Source of the DNA: a virus
Lineage: Duplodnaviria; Caudoviricetes
Direction: 5' to 3' (one strand)
IMG/VR virus record: IMGVR_UViG_3300032290_001644
Span: 8,736 to 72,735 of that record
DNA length: 64,000 nucleotides
Below are positions 1-10,718 of this stretch, piece by piece (the stretch's first letter is position 1; each line of letters opens with the position of its first letter). The notes below the pieces were generated by a model that saw only the letters and a list, made by a program, of their open reading frames with translations, did not search any database and had not been told where the DNA came from. The position numbers and the translations under genes are program-made.

Positions 1-52
1 ATACGCCAGCATGACCATTAAAATTTTTAATTAAAAAACTCATGATAAGGCC

Positions 53-3000
53 TTAAAGGATGATCCAGTTTGTGCCAGTAGACTGTAATGTCAAACAAGC
101 GTATTGTTGGATGATATCCGTACCACCAGTAAGACCATCGATTGAAACGCCGGTACTTGGGATAACGGATACATAGAACGAGGTGAGTTTCTTAAAGTTT
201 AGCTTCATCCCTTTGTTGCCTACACCTGGTACAATATTTGTCAGATTGACATTTGCATTAGCGGATGGACTAAGAAGATAAGTGACTTCTAGAGTACCCG
301 CTGATGGTGCTGTTGGCGTAAAGACATTTGTTGTGAAGGTTGCCGTGATAACATCGGGTAAGGATCCACCACCGCCACCACCTGCAACGGTACCTGGCTT
401 CCATTGTGAGGTAGAGCTTTCCCAAACCAATGCTTGACCATTTGTAGGAGCTACCGAGCTGGTATTGACATCTGATAGAGCATCAATCGAGAAACCGGCA
501 AGTGAGACTACGGCGTCAATACGACTGTTGCCAGTGTTATTTGTGAAAGTGATACCGGTATTTGTTGCGTTGCCACTAGCAAGACCAGCACCAGCTGCAC
601 TTCTAGCTAGAGCATCCGTATACTGAGTCAAGGTTGTACTAATCACACCAGTAGCTTGAGTATATACGATAGGTGAAGTAGCACTGATCAAAGATCTGAC
701 ATTTGTTGAGGATGCGTACTTATTAGTTGTACCTTCTACAAGATCATCAGTTGTTCTAAGTGCACGATCATTTGATACGGTGACATCCCACTGAGCATAT
801 ACGGTACCGCTAATTGTGCGTTTAGTACATACAAGTTTATATTCCCCAGCCTTTGTCAGTACCACGGATTTCACGCCGTTCACGGTACCACTATCAGCAT
901 AAACAATAAACTCACCGCCAGCTACACCACTTGCGTTTAAAGTCACTTGACCGGTACCACGAATCCTAAGATAAGTGACTGCACCAGTACCTTGAGTTAC
1001 TGCTCGTGCTGGTACATTTACCGAGATATTTGTTGATCCATCATATATATAATAGATACCGGCTTGCATGGTTGTACCAGATCCAATATTGGCAACGGCA
1101 ACATTACCATTTGATAAACCGCTTTCAGTATTATCAATCACGGTAAAATCAGTTGCTTGAACAACGCCACCGCTTACATCTGCCACGAATACAATTTGAT
1201 CATTTGTAGTCAAGTTAACGCCAGCTAGTGTACCGCCAACGGATACTTGATAGAAGAAACCTTTTTTAGCACTTACTAAGCTGGGGGTATTAGCGGTTGC
1301 GTCATATGTACCCTTATAAATCAGAGTACCACTTGAGCCGATGGTTGCTTGGATGCTTGCGATTGCAGTATCAACATATTTAGTATTCGCAACTTTAGTG
1401 GAATTATCGCTTGCACTTTGATCGGGTACGACTGGAGCATCACTGAAAGTCTTTACCCCTGCAATCGATTGTGCACCAGTAGTTTGAACAAAGCTACTTG
1501 CATGAAAGCCGTCCAATAGATCTGCTTCAAGACCGGATCCGCTACCGTCCAAGCTCAAGACTTTATTGAAGACATCTGATGCCGTATAGCTACTAGAGTT
1601 GAGTTTAGCGGATAAACCATTGTCAACATAGGTAGTAGTGGCAAATGTTGTGATGCTTGACTCTACACTATCCAGTCTTGTATCAAGTGGATCAGTGATA
1701 CCAGTTACATAGAGCTTGACGGCTTGCGTTGTTGGTGCCTTGTCATCCGTATTGATACTCGAAGTAGTGGTAGCACTCAAGGCTCTAGAGTCGGTAAAGT
1801 ACAATTTACTTGCTTCACCTTGTGCACCAACACCTTCAGTGATATCTCCCGTATATAAAGTGATATCGCCGATTTGACCATTCACACGAGACACTGGAGC
1901 GGTTGGATTATAGAGAGCAATCCATGAGGGAATGGTATCATCATAAATATAATTCCCATTGTTGGATGCAGTTGGATCATTGACAACAATAGCAACATCC
2001 CCCGTATTGATACCGGTTAATGCATCACGATCAGCAATTGTATTCACAACATAAGGCTTGCTCAAGGCCAGCGGGGGGATATGATGATTAGGAATAAGAC
2101 CATTTGCATCTAATTCCGCAACGCCGTTAGCTACCCCTTTATCACTTGTACGGAGCAAGCTAGATGAATCACTAAGTTGAGTGCTGGCGGTAACCAAGCT
2201 TGGTTTATCTCTAAGCTCTGAATAACTACCAGTGAAAGCGGTCTCAACGCCTAAGGCACTAATATAATTTGAAGAAGTTGAGAAGACTTTGACGATACCG
2301 CTTGAATATCCAGTACGGCCAACGATAGCAACACCGCTCGTTAGATTTGTTTGAAGACTATTCAAACCAGCACATTCGGACAAGATGATTAAGAAAGGTG
2401 ATGCTACATTTGTTGGCAAGACTCTCACATTTGTGAAATTACAACGATTGAAATACACGGTGCAATTTGTGAGATTAGAGATAGTGATATTTTGGCTACT
2501 AAACTCACAATCTTGAAATACGATAAAGGTTGAGGTGCTATCTGTTGTACTAGAGATACTTACCCCGCCCAAAATGTCGCAATTTGTAAAGATATGTCTA
2601 CCCTTTGTCCCTGATATCGTGAGAGCACCTTCAATTTGTAGATTTGCTACTCGTACTCGTTCACTTGTACCGCTAATTGTTAATCCCCTACCACCAGCAA
2701 GCTCACAAATTGTATTCCCTACGGCTGGAGCAATGATACCAAGATTAACCTTATTGTTTAGTGTAAGTGTAGATCCACCATATGAGCCAGATGATGCAAA
2801 GATTACATTGCCTTGACTTGTACCGATAGCATCCACTTGAGTTTGAATATCTGTGATGTTGTCATTCGCATAATAAGAATTACTATGTAAGTGATGAGCA
2901 TTCAGATCAGTCACGCTTGCTTGTAAAGCTTGATCTGCACTTACTCTTGCATTAATCTCATTTTGTAGATCCGCTTCTAACGCTCTAAGATCAACGCCAG

Positions 3001-3886
3001 CGGTAAGACCTAAAACATCCGCTTGTAAAGTATCAATTTCACTTTCAGCGGTTGTCACTCTAGTTGTTAAATTGGTTAAATCCGTACTACTAGCCTTGGT
3101 ATCGATACTTGTTTGTAAGGCTTGATCAGCACTAATTCTATTTGTAATTTCCGCTTGTAGATCAGCATCATCCGCCTTCAGATTGACATTTATTTGTAAA
3201 GTACCAATGTTGCTTTCAGCGGTTGTCAATCGAGTTGCTAGTGCTTGATCTGCTTGTGTAAGCGAAGTGATATCACCTTGTAGATCCGAAATAGCGGATG
3301 CGTGCAAGCTGAGTGTATCTCCCTGAGTACTAACAGTAGCGGTGAGTGATGAGATATCAGCGACGGCATCAGCTAAATCGGATGACAAGGTTGTTATACT
3401 TGCACCTTGATTAGACACATCCAACGCCAAGTTTGTCAAATCTGATTGTGTGGTGGTTATGATCTGATCAAGGATCTTGTCTGCATTCTTAAGAGAAGTG
3501 GCAAAATCTAGATAGTTTGTAGTGTTATCTGGGATATATGCACCAGTAGTAGCTAAACCAGCACCAACTTGAGTAGCATCAAGCTCATCTTGTAAGGCTT
3601 GGATATCAACCGAGCCACCAGCTTCAAGAGCATCTAGACGAGCAAGAGTAGTGACGCCAAAGCTTGGATCATTGTTCAAGGCTTGAGCAAGCTCTTCTAG
3701 TGTGTCAAGTGATGTTGGAGCATCTGCTACGACACTACTGATTGCAAGTGATACACCTGCTGGGGTAGAGGCAATCGTGGTGGATGTACCTTCTAGTGTT
3801 TCGGTTGCAGTAGCTAGACGAACAACGCCTGATTGTGTTTCAGTACCTGACTTTACTGTACTATTGTTTCCTTGTAAAACTGGCAT
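53..3886 (-). CDS. Long mosaic virion fibre protein (tail or head fibre) with coiled-coil and beta-helix-like segments
   Basis: 1277 aa. Fibre motifs GVVRLATATET, APTSLDTLEELAQALNNDPSF and KGVANGVAELDANG; repeated ADLQxEIxxRxSADQALQ coiled coil; central Asn/Ser/Thr/Ile-rich beta-helix-like stretch. Confidence 0.8.
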   Translation of the reverse strand: MPVLQGNNSTVKSGTETQSGVVRLATATETLEGTSTTIASTPAGVSLAISSVVADAPTSLDTLEELAQALNNDPSFGVTTLARLDALEAGGSVDIQALQDELDATQVGAGLATTGAYIPDNTTNYLDFATSLKNADKILDQIITTTQSDLTNLALDVSNQGASITTLSSDLADAVADISSLTATVSTQGDTLSLHASAISDLQGDITSLTQADQALATRLTTAESNIGTLQINVNLKADDADLQAEITNRISADQALQTSIDTKASSTDLTNLTTRVTTAESEIDTLQADVLGLTAGVDLRALEADLQNEINARVSADQALQASVTDLNAHHLHSNSYYANDNITDIQTQVDAIGTSQGNVIFASSGSYGGSTLTLNNKVNLGIIAPAVGNTICELAGGRGLTISGTSERVRVANLQIEGALTISGTKGRHIFTNCDILGGVSISSTTDSTSTFIVFQDCEFSSQNITISNLTNCTVYFNRCNFTNVRVLPTNVASPFLIILSECAGLNSLQTNLTSGVAIVGRTGYSSGIVKVFSTSSNYISALGVETAFTGSYSELRDKPSLVTASTQLSDSSSLLRTSDKGVANGVAELDANGLIPNHHIPPLALSKPYVVNTIADRDALTGINTGDVAIVVNDPTASNNGNYIYDDTIPSWIALYNPTAPVSRVNGQIGDITLYTGDITEGVGAQGEASKLYFTDSRALSATTTSSINTDDKAPTTQAVKLYVTGITDPLDTRLDSVESSITTFATTTYVDNGLSAKLNSSSYTASDVFNKVLSLDGSGSGLEADLLDGFHASSFVQTTGAQSIAGVKTFSDAPVVPDQSASDNSTKVANTKYVDTAIASIQATIGSSGTLIYKGTYDATANTPSLVSAKKGFFYQVSVGGTLAGVNLTTNDQIVFVADVSGGVVQATDFTVIDNTESGLSNGNVAVANIGSGTTMQAGIYYIYDGSTNISVNVPARAVTQGTGAVTYLRIRGTGQVTLNASGVAGGEFIVYADSGTVNGVKSVVLTKAGEYKLVCTKRTISGTVYAQWDVTVSNDRALRTTDDLVEGTTNKYASSTNVRSLISATSPIVYTQATGVISTTLTQYTDALARSAAGAGLASGNATNTGITFTNNTGNSRIDAVVSLAGFSIDALSDVNTSSVAPTNGQALVWESSTSQWKPGTVAGGGGGGSLPDVITATFTTNVFTPTAPSAGTLEVTYLLSPSANANVNLTNIVPGVGNKGMKLNFKKLTSFYVSVIPSTGVSIDGLTGGTDIIQQYACLTLQSTGTNWIIL

Positions 3887-3887
3887 A

Positions 3888-4211
3888 CTACATTCTCCTT
3901 CTAAAGAAGTTTGCTTTTACTTTTGGATGAGCATTTGCACCCAAACCGCTAAATGAAACCTTTAGAGCTTGGAAGATGAAACTTTGCTCGGTCACAAGTA
4001 CGCCGTCAGATTGTGTTGCATTGTCTTGATAGGAGACATAGTCGTAGCCATTAGGGGGGAAAATAGCAACGGAATAGGTCCCACCATCTAGACCGGTACA
4101 GTGTACTTGGCAAGCTGACAAGATATCAGCTGGATTAAAGCCTAGGCTTGCCTTATCAAAAATCACTGGTGCATTATTTTGAGATACCAGCTCAATCGTT
4201 TTCATAATCAT
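3888..4211 (-). CDS. Hypothetical protein, probably virion-associated
   Basis: 107 aa beta-rich ORF packed tightly between terL and the fibre gene. Confidence 0.55.
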   Translation of the reverse strand: MIMKTIELVSQNNAPVIFDKASLGFNPADILSACQVHCTGLDGGTYSVAIFPPNGYDYVSYQDNATQSDGVLVTEQSFIFQALKVSFSGLGANAHPKVKANFFRRRM

Positions 4212-4213
4212 AG

Positions 4214-5896
4214 TTAAAAACCTTCGTCATCTATGTCAAAATCCACATGTAAGCTATCCCAAAGCGATTGCATCGAGTTAGCTTCAGCTCGCTTATGATA
4301 ATCTAAATCTGATTTTGTACTCTCAATTTTTTCACCATGAGCATCAAACGCTTCATCACCAATTGCAATAGAATATTGGAAATCTGCCTCTCTCATTGCA
4401 GATACGGCAATCCAAAGGCTCATGACTGTGTCATCGTGTTTCTCTTTCCCAAGGCCATAAAGCTCAGTACAAAGTAGATCAGATTTATCAAGATCTTCGG
4501 GAGTCTTAGAAGGCAATATCATCTTACCATTCTCAAAGAGAGTAGTTAAGCTGGGTACGCCAATCCAAGCACTATTCTTATTCCCCGCCGTCGTGACATG
4601 TTCCTTAATAGGTAGGTCAGTGTTTTTTTGAAGAGTGAAGGTGTGTAGCTGGCCAAAATTATTTTTTTCAATAGAGATGACATGACAAAGTTTCTTGAAT
4701 TTGTTGTACTCATCAATGATTGCTTGGTAGATTTGGGAAGGTGTGAGGCCTCTATCTCTAAACATAGATAATAGATAGTGATTACCCTTTTCATCCTTAC
4801 CTAGTGTAATCCCTACGGTATAATCGCTATCCTGCTCTTCCGCTGATTTCTTGTCCGTTTTCAAGGCCAAATCCCACGCTTGAACGACAACCATTCTCTC
4901 TACTGGGGGTATCTCACCATAAGAATAGAAAAAACCTCTATCCTTTGCAGCGTCAAGCCAACTAACTTTGAAGATTGCATCAGCATCACTTTGTACTTGA
5001 TTTTGAAATTCCCTTGTGAAGGATAGTGAGCCTGCTGAGTACAATTCCTTGAGCAATAATTTAATCCCTCGTTCTTCTGGCCAAAGTACTTCATAATCAC
5101 CTTCTATCACTACATCTTGCCACAAGTCACGGCCGTCAACCTCTTTGATGATATGCTTGTATGATTTAGGCCACTTGATAATAGCTGGCGTATTGACTAC
5201 TTGGAAAGTTGGATCCTTGATCATCATGTTGTATGCGTCATCATAATGTTTGCGTGTACCTACCACGACCATTGTTCCACCTTTTGTGAGCATAGGCATA
5301 CATGTACCTCTAAGCCAATCTCTAGTCTTTTGTCTTTGGGATGCACTAAAAACGGTCTTTTCATCCTCCAAGTCATCTATGATGATCATGTCAAAGTGGC
5401 CACCAGTGATTGAGCCACCGCTACCGATTGCTTCTACTGATGGATCAATGCTATTCAAAGTACGGTTGAGATAGATCTGGGTACTGGTCCACTTGTCTTC
5501 ATTCTTGCGTTGAAAAGGTTCATCGCTTGCCCAATCCTCAATAAGCTTCTGAGATTGTAAATAATTCTTGCATACTCTCACACGCTTCTCAGCTTGCCCC
5601 ATGGATTTGGATAGCCAAAGGATACGGGTATTACGATCAAGACATAAAGCTCTAAGAGTGACGGCAACACATAGCATACTCTTCCCATGGTCTCTTGGAG
5701 CAAGTAAGAGCAATTTCTTCTTCTCATTTGTCTTCTTGCCTTCACTTACCATCCCGTCGATCAATTTGAGCCAACGATCTTGGTGATTTGTGTAGGAATA
5801 CCCCAAATAGTAGCTTGCGAAAAAGCTGGGGGAATGTTTAGAAAGTATTTGTCTACCTTCTTTGGTCTGCATTAATTCATGAATTTTGTCATTCAT
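4214..5896 (-). CDS. terL: Terminase large subunit
   Basis: 560 aa. Walker A LLLAPRDHGKS, Walker B DMIIIDDLE, coupling motif VVVGTRKH, RuvC-like nuclease WDLA...HDDTVMS. Confidence 0.93.
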   Translation of the reverse strand: MNDKIHELMQTKEGRQILSKHSPSFFASYYLGYSYTNHQDRWLKLIDGMVSEGKKTNEKKKLLLLAPRDHGKSMLCVAVTLRALCLDRNTRILWLSKSMGQAEKRVRVCKNYLQSQKLIEDWASDEPFQRKNEDKWTSTQIYLNRTLNSIDPSVEAIGSGGSITGGHFDMIIIDDLEDEKTVFSASQRQKTRDWLRGTCMPMLTKGGTMVVVGTRKHYDDAYNMMIKDPTFQVVNTPAIIKWPKSYKHIIKEVDGRDLWQDVVIEGDYEVLWPEERGIKLLLKELYSAGSLSFTREFQNQVQSDADAIFKVSWLDAAKDRGFFYSYGEIPPVERMVVVQAWDLALKTDKKSAEEQDSDYTVGITLGKDEKGNHYLLSMFRDRGLTPSQIYQAIIDEYNKFKKLCHVISIEKNNFGQLHTFTLQKNTDLPIKEHVTTAGNKNSAWIGVPSLTTLFENGKMILPSKTPEDLDKSDLLCTELYGLGKEKHDDTVMSLWIAVSAMREADFQYSIAIGDEAFDAHGEKIESTKSDLDYHKRAEANSMQSLWDSLHVDFDIDDEGF

Positions 5897-6491
5897 CGTT
5901 TAATCTCTTTTGTGAGGATATTGTTTTGGCCAAGATCAGGCCTATTTGTGAAAGTGTTTCGGGGGATGCATCAATCGCAAGCTCTTTTTTCTCGGTAGTG
6001 ATTTGCTCTACTGATATCTCTAGCTTGTCTAAACCGCATAAGGTTGCTTGCCTTTTTTGTGCTTCTAGGATCAGTTTCATATATGCAACTTTGTCCTTAT
6101 CATTGACTTGTACCTCATCCCACGCCAATGCTTTGATCCGCTCACATTCTTGATATAAAGCTTCTCTTCGTGAATTTGCTTGTGCTGGTGTGAGTGTCTT
6201 GCTCCATCTAATCTTTAATTCATCAATAAGTCTTTGGGTAGTAGTGAAATGAATGCCAATGATATCTGCAATCACACGAGTGGCAAAAATTCGATGCACG
6301 CCAATGATATATTCAATGATGATAAGCCACCGCTCTTTATTTAAATCATCATATGGAAGAGGGGGAACATCTTGACCTATTAAGATTGGATGGACCTTTT
6401 CCGCTACTGGCTTCTCTATATGTAGATCTGCATCAGGATCGTTCAGTTGTCGTTCAAGTAGTGAAAAATTGTAATTTGCTTTGCGACCCAT
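5889..6491 (-). CDS. Probable terminase small subunit
   Basis: 200 aa helical protein with an HTH-like segment (TRVIADIIGIHFTTTQR), overlapping the terL start; assigned largely by position. Confidence 0.6.
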   Translation of the reverse strand: MGRKANYNFSLLERQLNDPDADLHIEKPVAEKVHPILIGQDVPPLPYDDLNKERWLIIIEYIIGVHRIFATRVIADIIGIHFTTTQRLIDELKIRWSKTLTPAQANSRREALYQECERIKALAWDEVQVNDKDKVAYMKLILEAQKRQATLCGLDKLEISVEQITTEKKELAIDASPETLSQIGLILAKTISSQKRLNDE

Positions 6492-6503
6492 GATTATTTA
6501 CTC

Positions 6504-8198
6504 CTAGCTATATGTTGCGTATTTGAGCCTTTGCTCTTGTCCAGTTATTCTTGAGATAGTATCTGCTCCTTGCCTTGCCTTCCACATAGCACTACCAAAA
6601 AGACCATGAGAGAAATAATAGATTTCTACTTCGTCAGCTTCTTGACCATGTCTATGTGTACGAGCTAGCAATTGCTCCCAAGTAGCTGGATCAGATAGAG
6701 GATGAGCAATGAGATTGATATTCCATGCTTGTAAATTCTTCCCCGTCCCATGACTTTTGATAGAGGCTATACAACGATGCGATTTAGTGTTGGGTATTTC
6801 AGTACCCCCTCTATAATAAGGTATACCTAACTCTTGTTCGAGTCTATTGCCTAGCTCTGACATACCAACCCAAATGATAAAGTCATCTTCTCTAGTAGAT
6901 ACCCAAGCCTTGATTGCTTCTACAAAATAGTCATCAAGCCAGATACATTTAGTTGGAGGCTTCTCTTTGTGTTTTTGGCTATCCCATGCTTGCTTTGCCA
7001 TGAGAAAGTACCTTTGAAAAGCTATAGGTAAGATATCAACATTTTGCTCAACCATAGCGGGGGAGTCAATACCCTCTAGCTCAAGATCAAGTACTTGCCT
7101 AATCGCTTTCCCATAGAGTGAGCGAGTAGTGAGCCACTCTTCATCTGGTCCATTTGGCCAATCCCAAACATAGAGAAAGCCCATCATCATCTGAGCATAG
7201 GCTCTAAGAGCAAAGGCATCAGTGGTTTTCCATAAATGTTGGCTATCCTCAATCATCTTGATATCAAGTTCAAAATCCCCCAGAGCATCAGCCATTCGTT
7301 TCTCATTGAAAGCTTGATTGATTGCGTGGATCAGTGTACGGGGTACTTGTAGCTTATTTGCAAACATGTTGAGTGATGAAGGTACGATATCTTTACCCGT
7401 AAGTACTACACCATCACAATTCGCTAGTCTCTTATATATACTCTCTTTGACTGCTAATCCGTCCACTTGCCAGTATCTCTTAAACTCTATGTATTCAAAA
7501 CCGCTTGCTTCACCGTTGATCAGTCTATCCCAAACTTGCACTTGCCTATTCTCACGGGGGAAAGGTGATTGATCTAGTAGAGACCAATCAGAGAGATGAG
7601 CAATATCAGCAATACTTTTGTTCATGAGGGTACCTGATAGCACAACGAATTTAGTATCTGGTCTTTTACTAAGATAGACACCAAGACGGGAGGCTCTAGC
7701 GGATCTTAAATTTTTAATGTAGTGAGCTTCATCGCAAATGATCAGATCGGGGGATAGCTTAAAAAGAAGATCCTTCCCCTTTGGCGTTTGGATTTGCTCA
7801 TAGCTAATGACTTCGATCGGAATAAGTTTGAAATGCTTTGCATACATTGACCATTCAAGCTTAGTCTTATCTCTTAGTGATGCAGGTACAATCAAGAGTG
7901 GATTACAAGCCTGAGCAACAAGCGGAAGTAAAAAGGTTGTCAGAGTCTTACCAGTACCACAACCAGCAAGAGCAACAAGACCGCCAACCTTCTCAAATTC
8001 ATAGAGCATGGAATTTTGAATATGTCTTAGCTTCATTGTCCCATCTTCGGTCTTGAAACGATCAGTGAAATCCGGTACTTGATCTTTTGTTGTGCTAGCG
8101 GGTATCCTTGTTATCCTAACATTATCACTGACCTTTGCATTTACTTGAAAGCCAGGAGTACCCCCACCGGCCAAAAACATATCTGCAAGGCTTGTCAT
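6504..8198 (-). CDS. SF2 (SNF2-like) DNA helicase
   Basis: 564 aa. GCGTGKT, DEAH, SGT and motif VI-like EQLLARTHRHGQ. Confidence 0.9.
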   Translation of the reverse strand: MTSLADMFLAGGGTPGFQVNAKVSDNVRITRIPASTTKDQVPDFTDRFKTEDGTMKLRHIQNSMLYEFEKVGGLVALAGCGTGKTLTTFLLPLVAQACNPLLIVPASLRDKTKLEWSMYAKHFKLIPIEVISYEQIQTPKGKDLLFKLSPDLIICDEAHYIKNLRSARASRLGVYLSKRPDTKFVVLSGTLMNKSIADIAHLSDWSLLDQSPFPRENRQVQVWDRLINGEASGFEYIEFKRYWQVDGLAVKESIYKRLANCDGVVLTGKDIVPSSLNMFANKLQVPRTLIHAINQAFNEKRMADALGDFELDIKMIEDSQHLWKTTDAFALRAYAQMMMGFLYVWDWPNGPDEEWLTTRSLYGKAIRQVLDLELEGIDSPAMVEQNVDILPIAFQRYFLMAKQAWDSQKHKEKPPTKCIWLDDYFVEAIKAWVSTREDDFIIWVGMSELGNRLEQELGIPYYRGGTEIPNTKSHRCIASIKSHGTGKNLQAWNINLIAHPLSDPATWEQLLARTHRHGQEADEVEIYYFSHGLFGSAMWKARQGADTISRITGQEQRLKYATYS

Positions 8199-9364
8199 CA
8201 GACACCTCGTACAACGATATCAGCCAAAGCTTCAAGCGTTGCTCCAATCTTTTGGTACTCAAATGATCGTGCGTCAATTTGCATAGAACAAGGCAGCTTA
8301 CCATATTGCATGAGCATTTGATTGAGCATATCGTAGCCTCTACCATATTGGATGGTTGAGATATGAGGCACTTTCTCTCTAGCACAAATATCAAGGATGA
8401 GAGGTTTGAGAGCATCCAAAGCTAGGGTAGGTAATGCACCTTTTACAACATGTGCACTGACAAATAATACGCAAGGTTCAGCTTGTACTTGCGGAGCTAC
8501 TTGAGGAGCTACTTGAGCAATTGGTTCTTGAATTGGCTCTTGTGCTGTCATTCCCTTTTGTGCAAAGAGTTGTCTTAGTAAATCGGTACTAGTAGTAGTC
8601 ATATTTGTATCGTCTTTCTCTTGTGGTGGTACAAGAATGGAGGTTAAATCGTTTAGTGAGTCTCGTTTACATCTTAAATAGAAGGGACACCTTTGACCAT
8701 AGGCAAAGCACGACTGTTCGTTTTTTGTCATCGACTCAATTTGCTTATCATATGCACTGATCATCTCTTTGATCGTAGGTACAAGATCAGTGAACGCCTT
8801 CATGACATGGTCTCTATCTACTTCAACGCTTCTCTTTTCTGCATGCCTTTTGCCAGAAGTGAGGTAGTAAATATGGGATAGCTTGAATTTAGTATGGGGG
8901 TAAGCTTGCATTGCATGTCTTGCATAGATAATGAGCTGGGTATTAGTCATCAGATCAAGCTCAGTCAACATGTACTTTTTGGCACTGGTAGTCTTATGAT
9001 CAAGTATCTCAATATGATCATCATGTACAATGAGGCAATCGATAAAGCCTTTAAACTTGATGGATGCAGATAGTGGGGAGAAGTTATCCAAAGCATACTC
9101 AATGAAGACCTTACCTTCTTCATAGGTTGGTAGTAGAGCAAGACCAGATGAGGCAATCAAGCCTTCGTCAGTATCTTGTGGCGGTTGGATACCTTTTAAA
9201 ATATAATTCTCAATATGTGTATGCACGATCTTCCCACGCTCTAGAGCTGGACTTGACGGCGTGGTTTCACCATTGATATAGATTTCGTACCATTTCCGTT
9301 GGCAAGTGTCTTTGAATAAATTGATCTGGGATGCGGATAGGTGCGAAAATTTGTTGCTTGTCAT
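8198..9364 (-). CDS. PD-(D/E)XK (Cas4/RecB-like) exonuclease with extra C-terminal domain
   Basis: HLSASQI..CQRKW, GKIVH, GFIDCL, DHKTT, QLIIYA, C..CPFY; QEPI/QVAP repeat linker before a C-terminal domain. Start taken at MTSNK. Confidence 0.85.
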   Translation of the reverse strand: MTSNKFSHLSASQINLFKDTCQRKWYEIYINGETTPSSPALERGKIVHTHIENYILKGIQPPQDTDEGLIASSGLALLPTYEEGKVFIEYALDNFSPLSASIKFKGFIDCLIVHDDHIEILDHKTTSAKKYMLTELDLMTNTQLIIYARHAMQAYPHTKFKLSHIYYLTSGKRHAEKRSVEVDRDHVMKAFTDLVPTIKEMISAYDKQIESMTKNEQSCFAYGQRCPFYLRCKRDSLNDLTSILVPPQEKDDTNMTTTSTDLLRQLFAQKGMTAQEPIQEPIAQVAPQVAPQVQAEPCVLFVSAHVVKGALPTLALDALKPLILDICAREKVPHISTIQYGRGYDMLNQMLMQYGKLPCSMQIDARSFEYQKIGATLEALADIVVRGV

Positions 9365-9418
9365 ATACTCTCTCTTCTTACTATGAGAGTATATCAATAT
9401 TCACATATATTTTTATTT

Positions 9419-9652
9419 TTATTTATCGTTTAGCTTACTTTTTTCAATCAAAAGCTCAATCTTTAGCTCAAGATTTTGCATCTTTTCCGACAATCGATCA
9501 ACGATAGGATCTTGTCTCTCTTTAAGTGATACATAACGATCAAAAATAGGAATGATTTGCTTGGCAACATAAGCAAGGACAAGAAGGCCAACACTTTCGC
9601 TATTCTTTGCTGCGAGTACCCAAAAATCTTGTGGTGGTTGTAGATCTGACAT
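9419..9652 (-). CDS. Small single-pass membrane protein, holin-like candidate
   Basis: 77 aa with one hydrophobic segment (VGLLVLAYVAKQIIPIF) followed by a charged coiled coil. Confidence 0.4.
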   Translation of the reverse strand: MSDLQPPQDFWVLAAKNSESVGLLVLAYVAKQIIPIFDRYVSLKERQDPIVDRLSEKMQNLELKIELLIEKSKLNDK

Positions 9653-9653
9653 G

Positions 9654-10034
9654 TCATTTCTCCTTTAGTGAAACGGTAACTTTAAACCTAGCTTGCCACA
9701 AACTCACTGACTCATCTTGATTTTTTTCTATGACTAGATCCGTGATATAGTACCAAGCTGGAAGATAGATATCTGTCCATGCTCTAAATTTTACAAGAGC
9801 CGTTCGCTCAAACACTCTAGAGAGCGGTGCAATGACATCCAGGCTATCGATCAAGACTCGTGCCTCATGTGTTTGCTCAAGACAATCAAAGAAAAGTGAA
9901 ATTTTTAGATCGTCAACCTGCTGCTCTTTTAATCGTAAGCCACTCTTAAAATTTGTATAAAATTCAATGTCATCCATCAATTCGATCGGATTTTCGTGCA
10001 AACCTAACTCTATCATCTTGTACCACTCTTTCAT
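9654..10034 (-). CDS. Hypothetical protein
   Basis: 126 aa ORF packed in the operon. Confidence 0.6.
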   Translation of the reverse strand: MKEWYKMIELGLHENPIELMDDIEFYTNFKSGLRLKEQQVDDLKISLFFDCLEQTHEARVLIDSLDVIAPLSRVFERTALVKFRAWTDIYLPAWYYITDLVIEKNQDESVSLWQARFKVTVSLKEK

Positions 10035-10066
10035 TCAGTTAGTACAAGTATGGAATATTTTTTTGA

Positions 10067-10267
10067 CTATGGTAGGAAATATTCAGCAGACTCACCGGTT
10101 AATTTAGCAAGTGCACGAGCTAGCTCCCAGCTTGGCTTGACTTTGCCACCACATACTAGACATAACATTGTTTCAGTATAACCAAGATCTTTGGCTACTT
10201 CTCGGAGAGTTTTGCCAGTCTTTTGCTTGATCAACATTGTTTTTTCACTTCTGGTTACTTTATTCAT
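10067..10267 (-). CDS. XRE/Cro-like HTH regulator
   Basis: 66 aa; TLREVAKDLGYTETMLCLVCGGKVKPSWELARALA. Confidence 0.85.
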   Translation of the reverse strand: MNKVTRSEKTMLIKQKTGKTLREVAKDLGYTETMLCLVCGGKVKPSWELARALAKLTGESAEYFLP

Positions 10268-10276
10268 GATTACACC

Positions 10277-10558
10277 TTAGAGCATCTTGATGAGGGTAAA
10301 AACAACAGTACAAAAACAAGCCAAGCAGATCAATTCAGAGAGTGTACTCATCATGAAAGCATGAGCTTGTCGGCGTTCTTCTTCTTCCTTTTCAGCACTA
10401 TAGTCAATGTATGGAGACCATTGGGGAAGGTTTTGTACTTGGGGTAATTCTTTTGTTTCGACCTGATCTTGTTTTACGGTAGACCAGAGACCGCAATCAA
10501 ACTTGTTCATGTTACTTGCTGCTTTCTTAGAGACCAATGATTGTGATTTTGATACCAT
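10277..10558 (-). CDS. Hypothetical protein with C-terminal hydrophobic segment
   Basis: 93 aa, acidic patch then ICLACFCTVVFTLI. Confidence 0.5.
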   Translation of the reverse strand: MVSKSQSLVSKKAASNMNKFDCGLWSTVKQDQVETKELPQVQNLPQWSPYIDYSAEKEEEERRQAHAFMMSTLSELICLACFCTVVFTLIKML

Positions 10559-10718
10559 TGCCTACGAAACCGTAAACAATAACTTCTTCTTGTGTTTCGA
10601 CTGCTTGATCGATTGCTTCTACGATTTCTTCTTCTTCTTCATAGATAGCTTTGATTTGATCAACAGTGTCCTGAGCCAAGATTTCTTGCGTTTGGATATC
10701 AATGATTTGGATTTGCAT
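10527..10718 (-). CDS. Small acidic hypothetical protein
   Basis: 63 aa, first gene after the promoter at 10778-10806, with AGGA RBS. Confidence 0.6.
   Translation of the reverse strand: MQIQIIDIQTQEILAQDTVDQIKAIYEEEEEIVEAIDQAVETQEEVIVYGFVGNGIKITIIGL

Noticed and set aside
9419-9652. Confident holin call
   Set aside because: Single hydrophobic segment and 34 kb from the endolysin; left as a low-confidence candidate.
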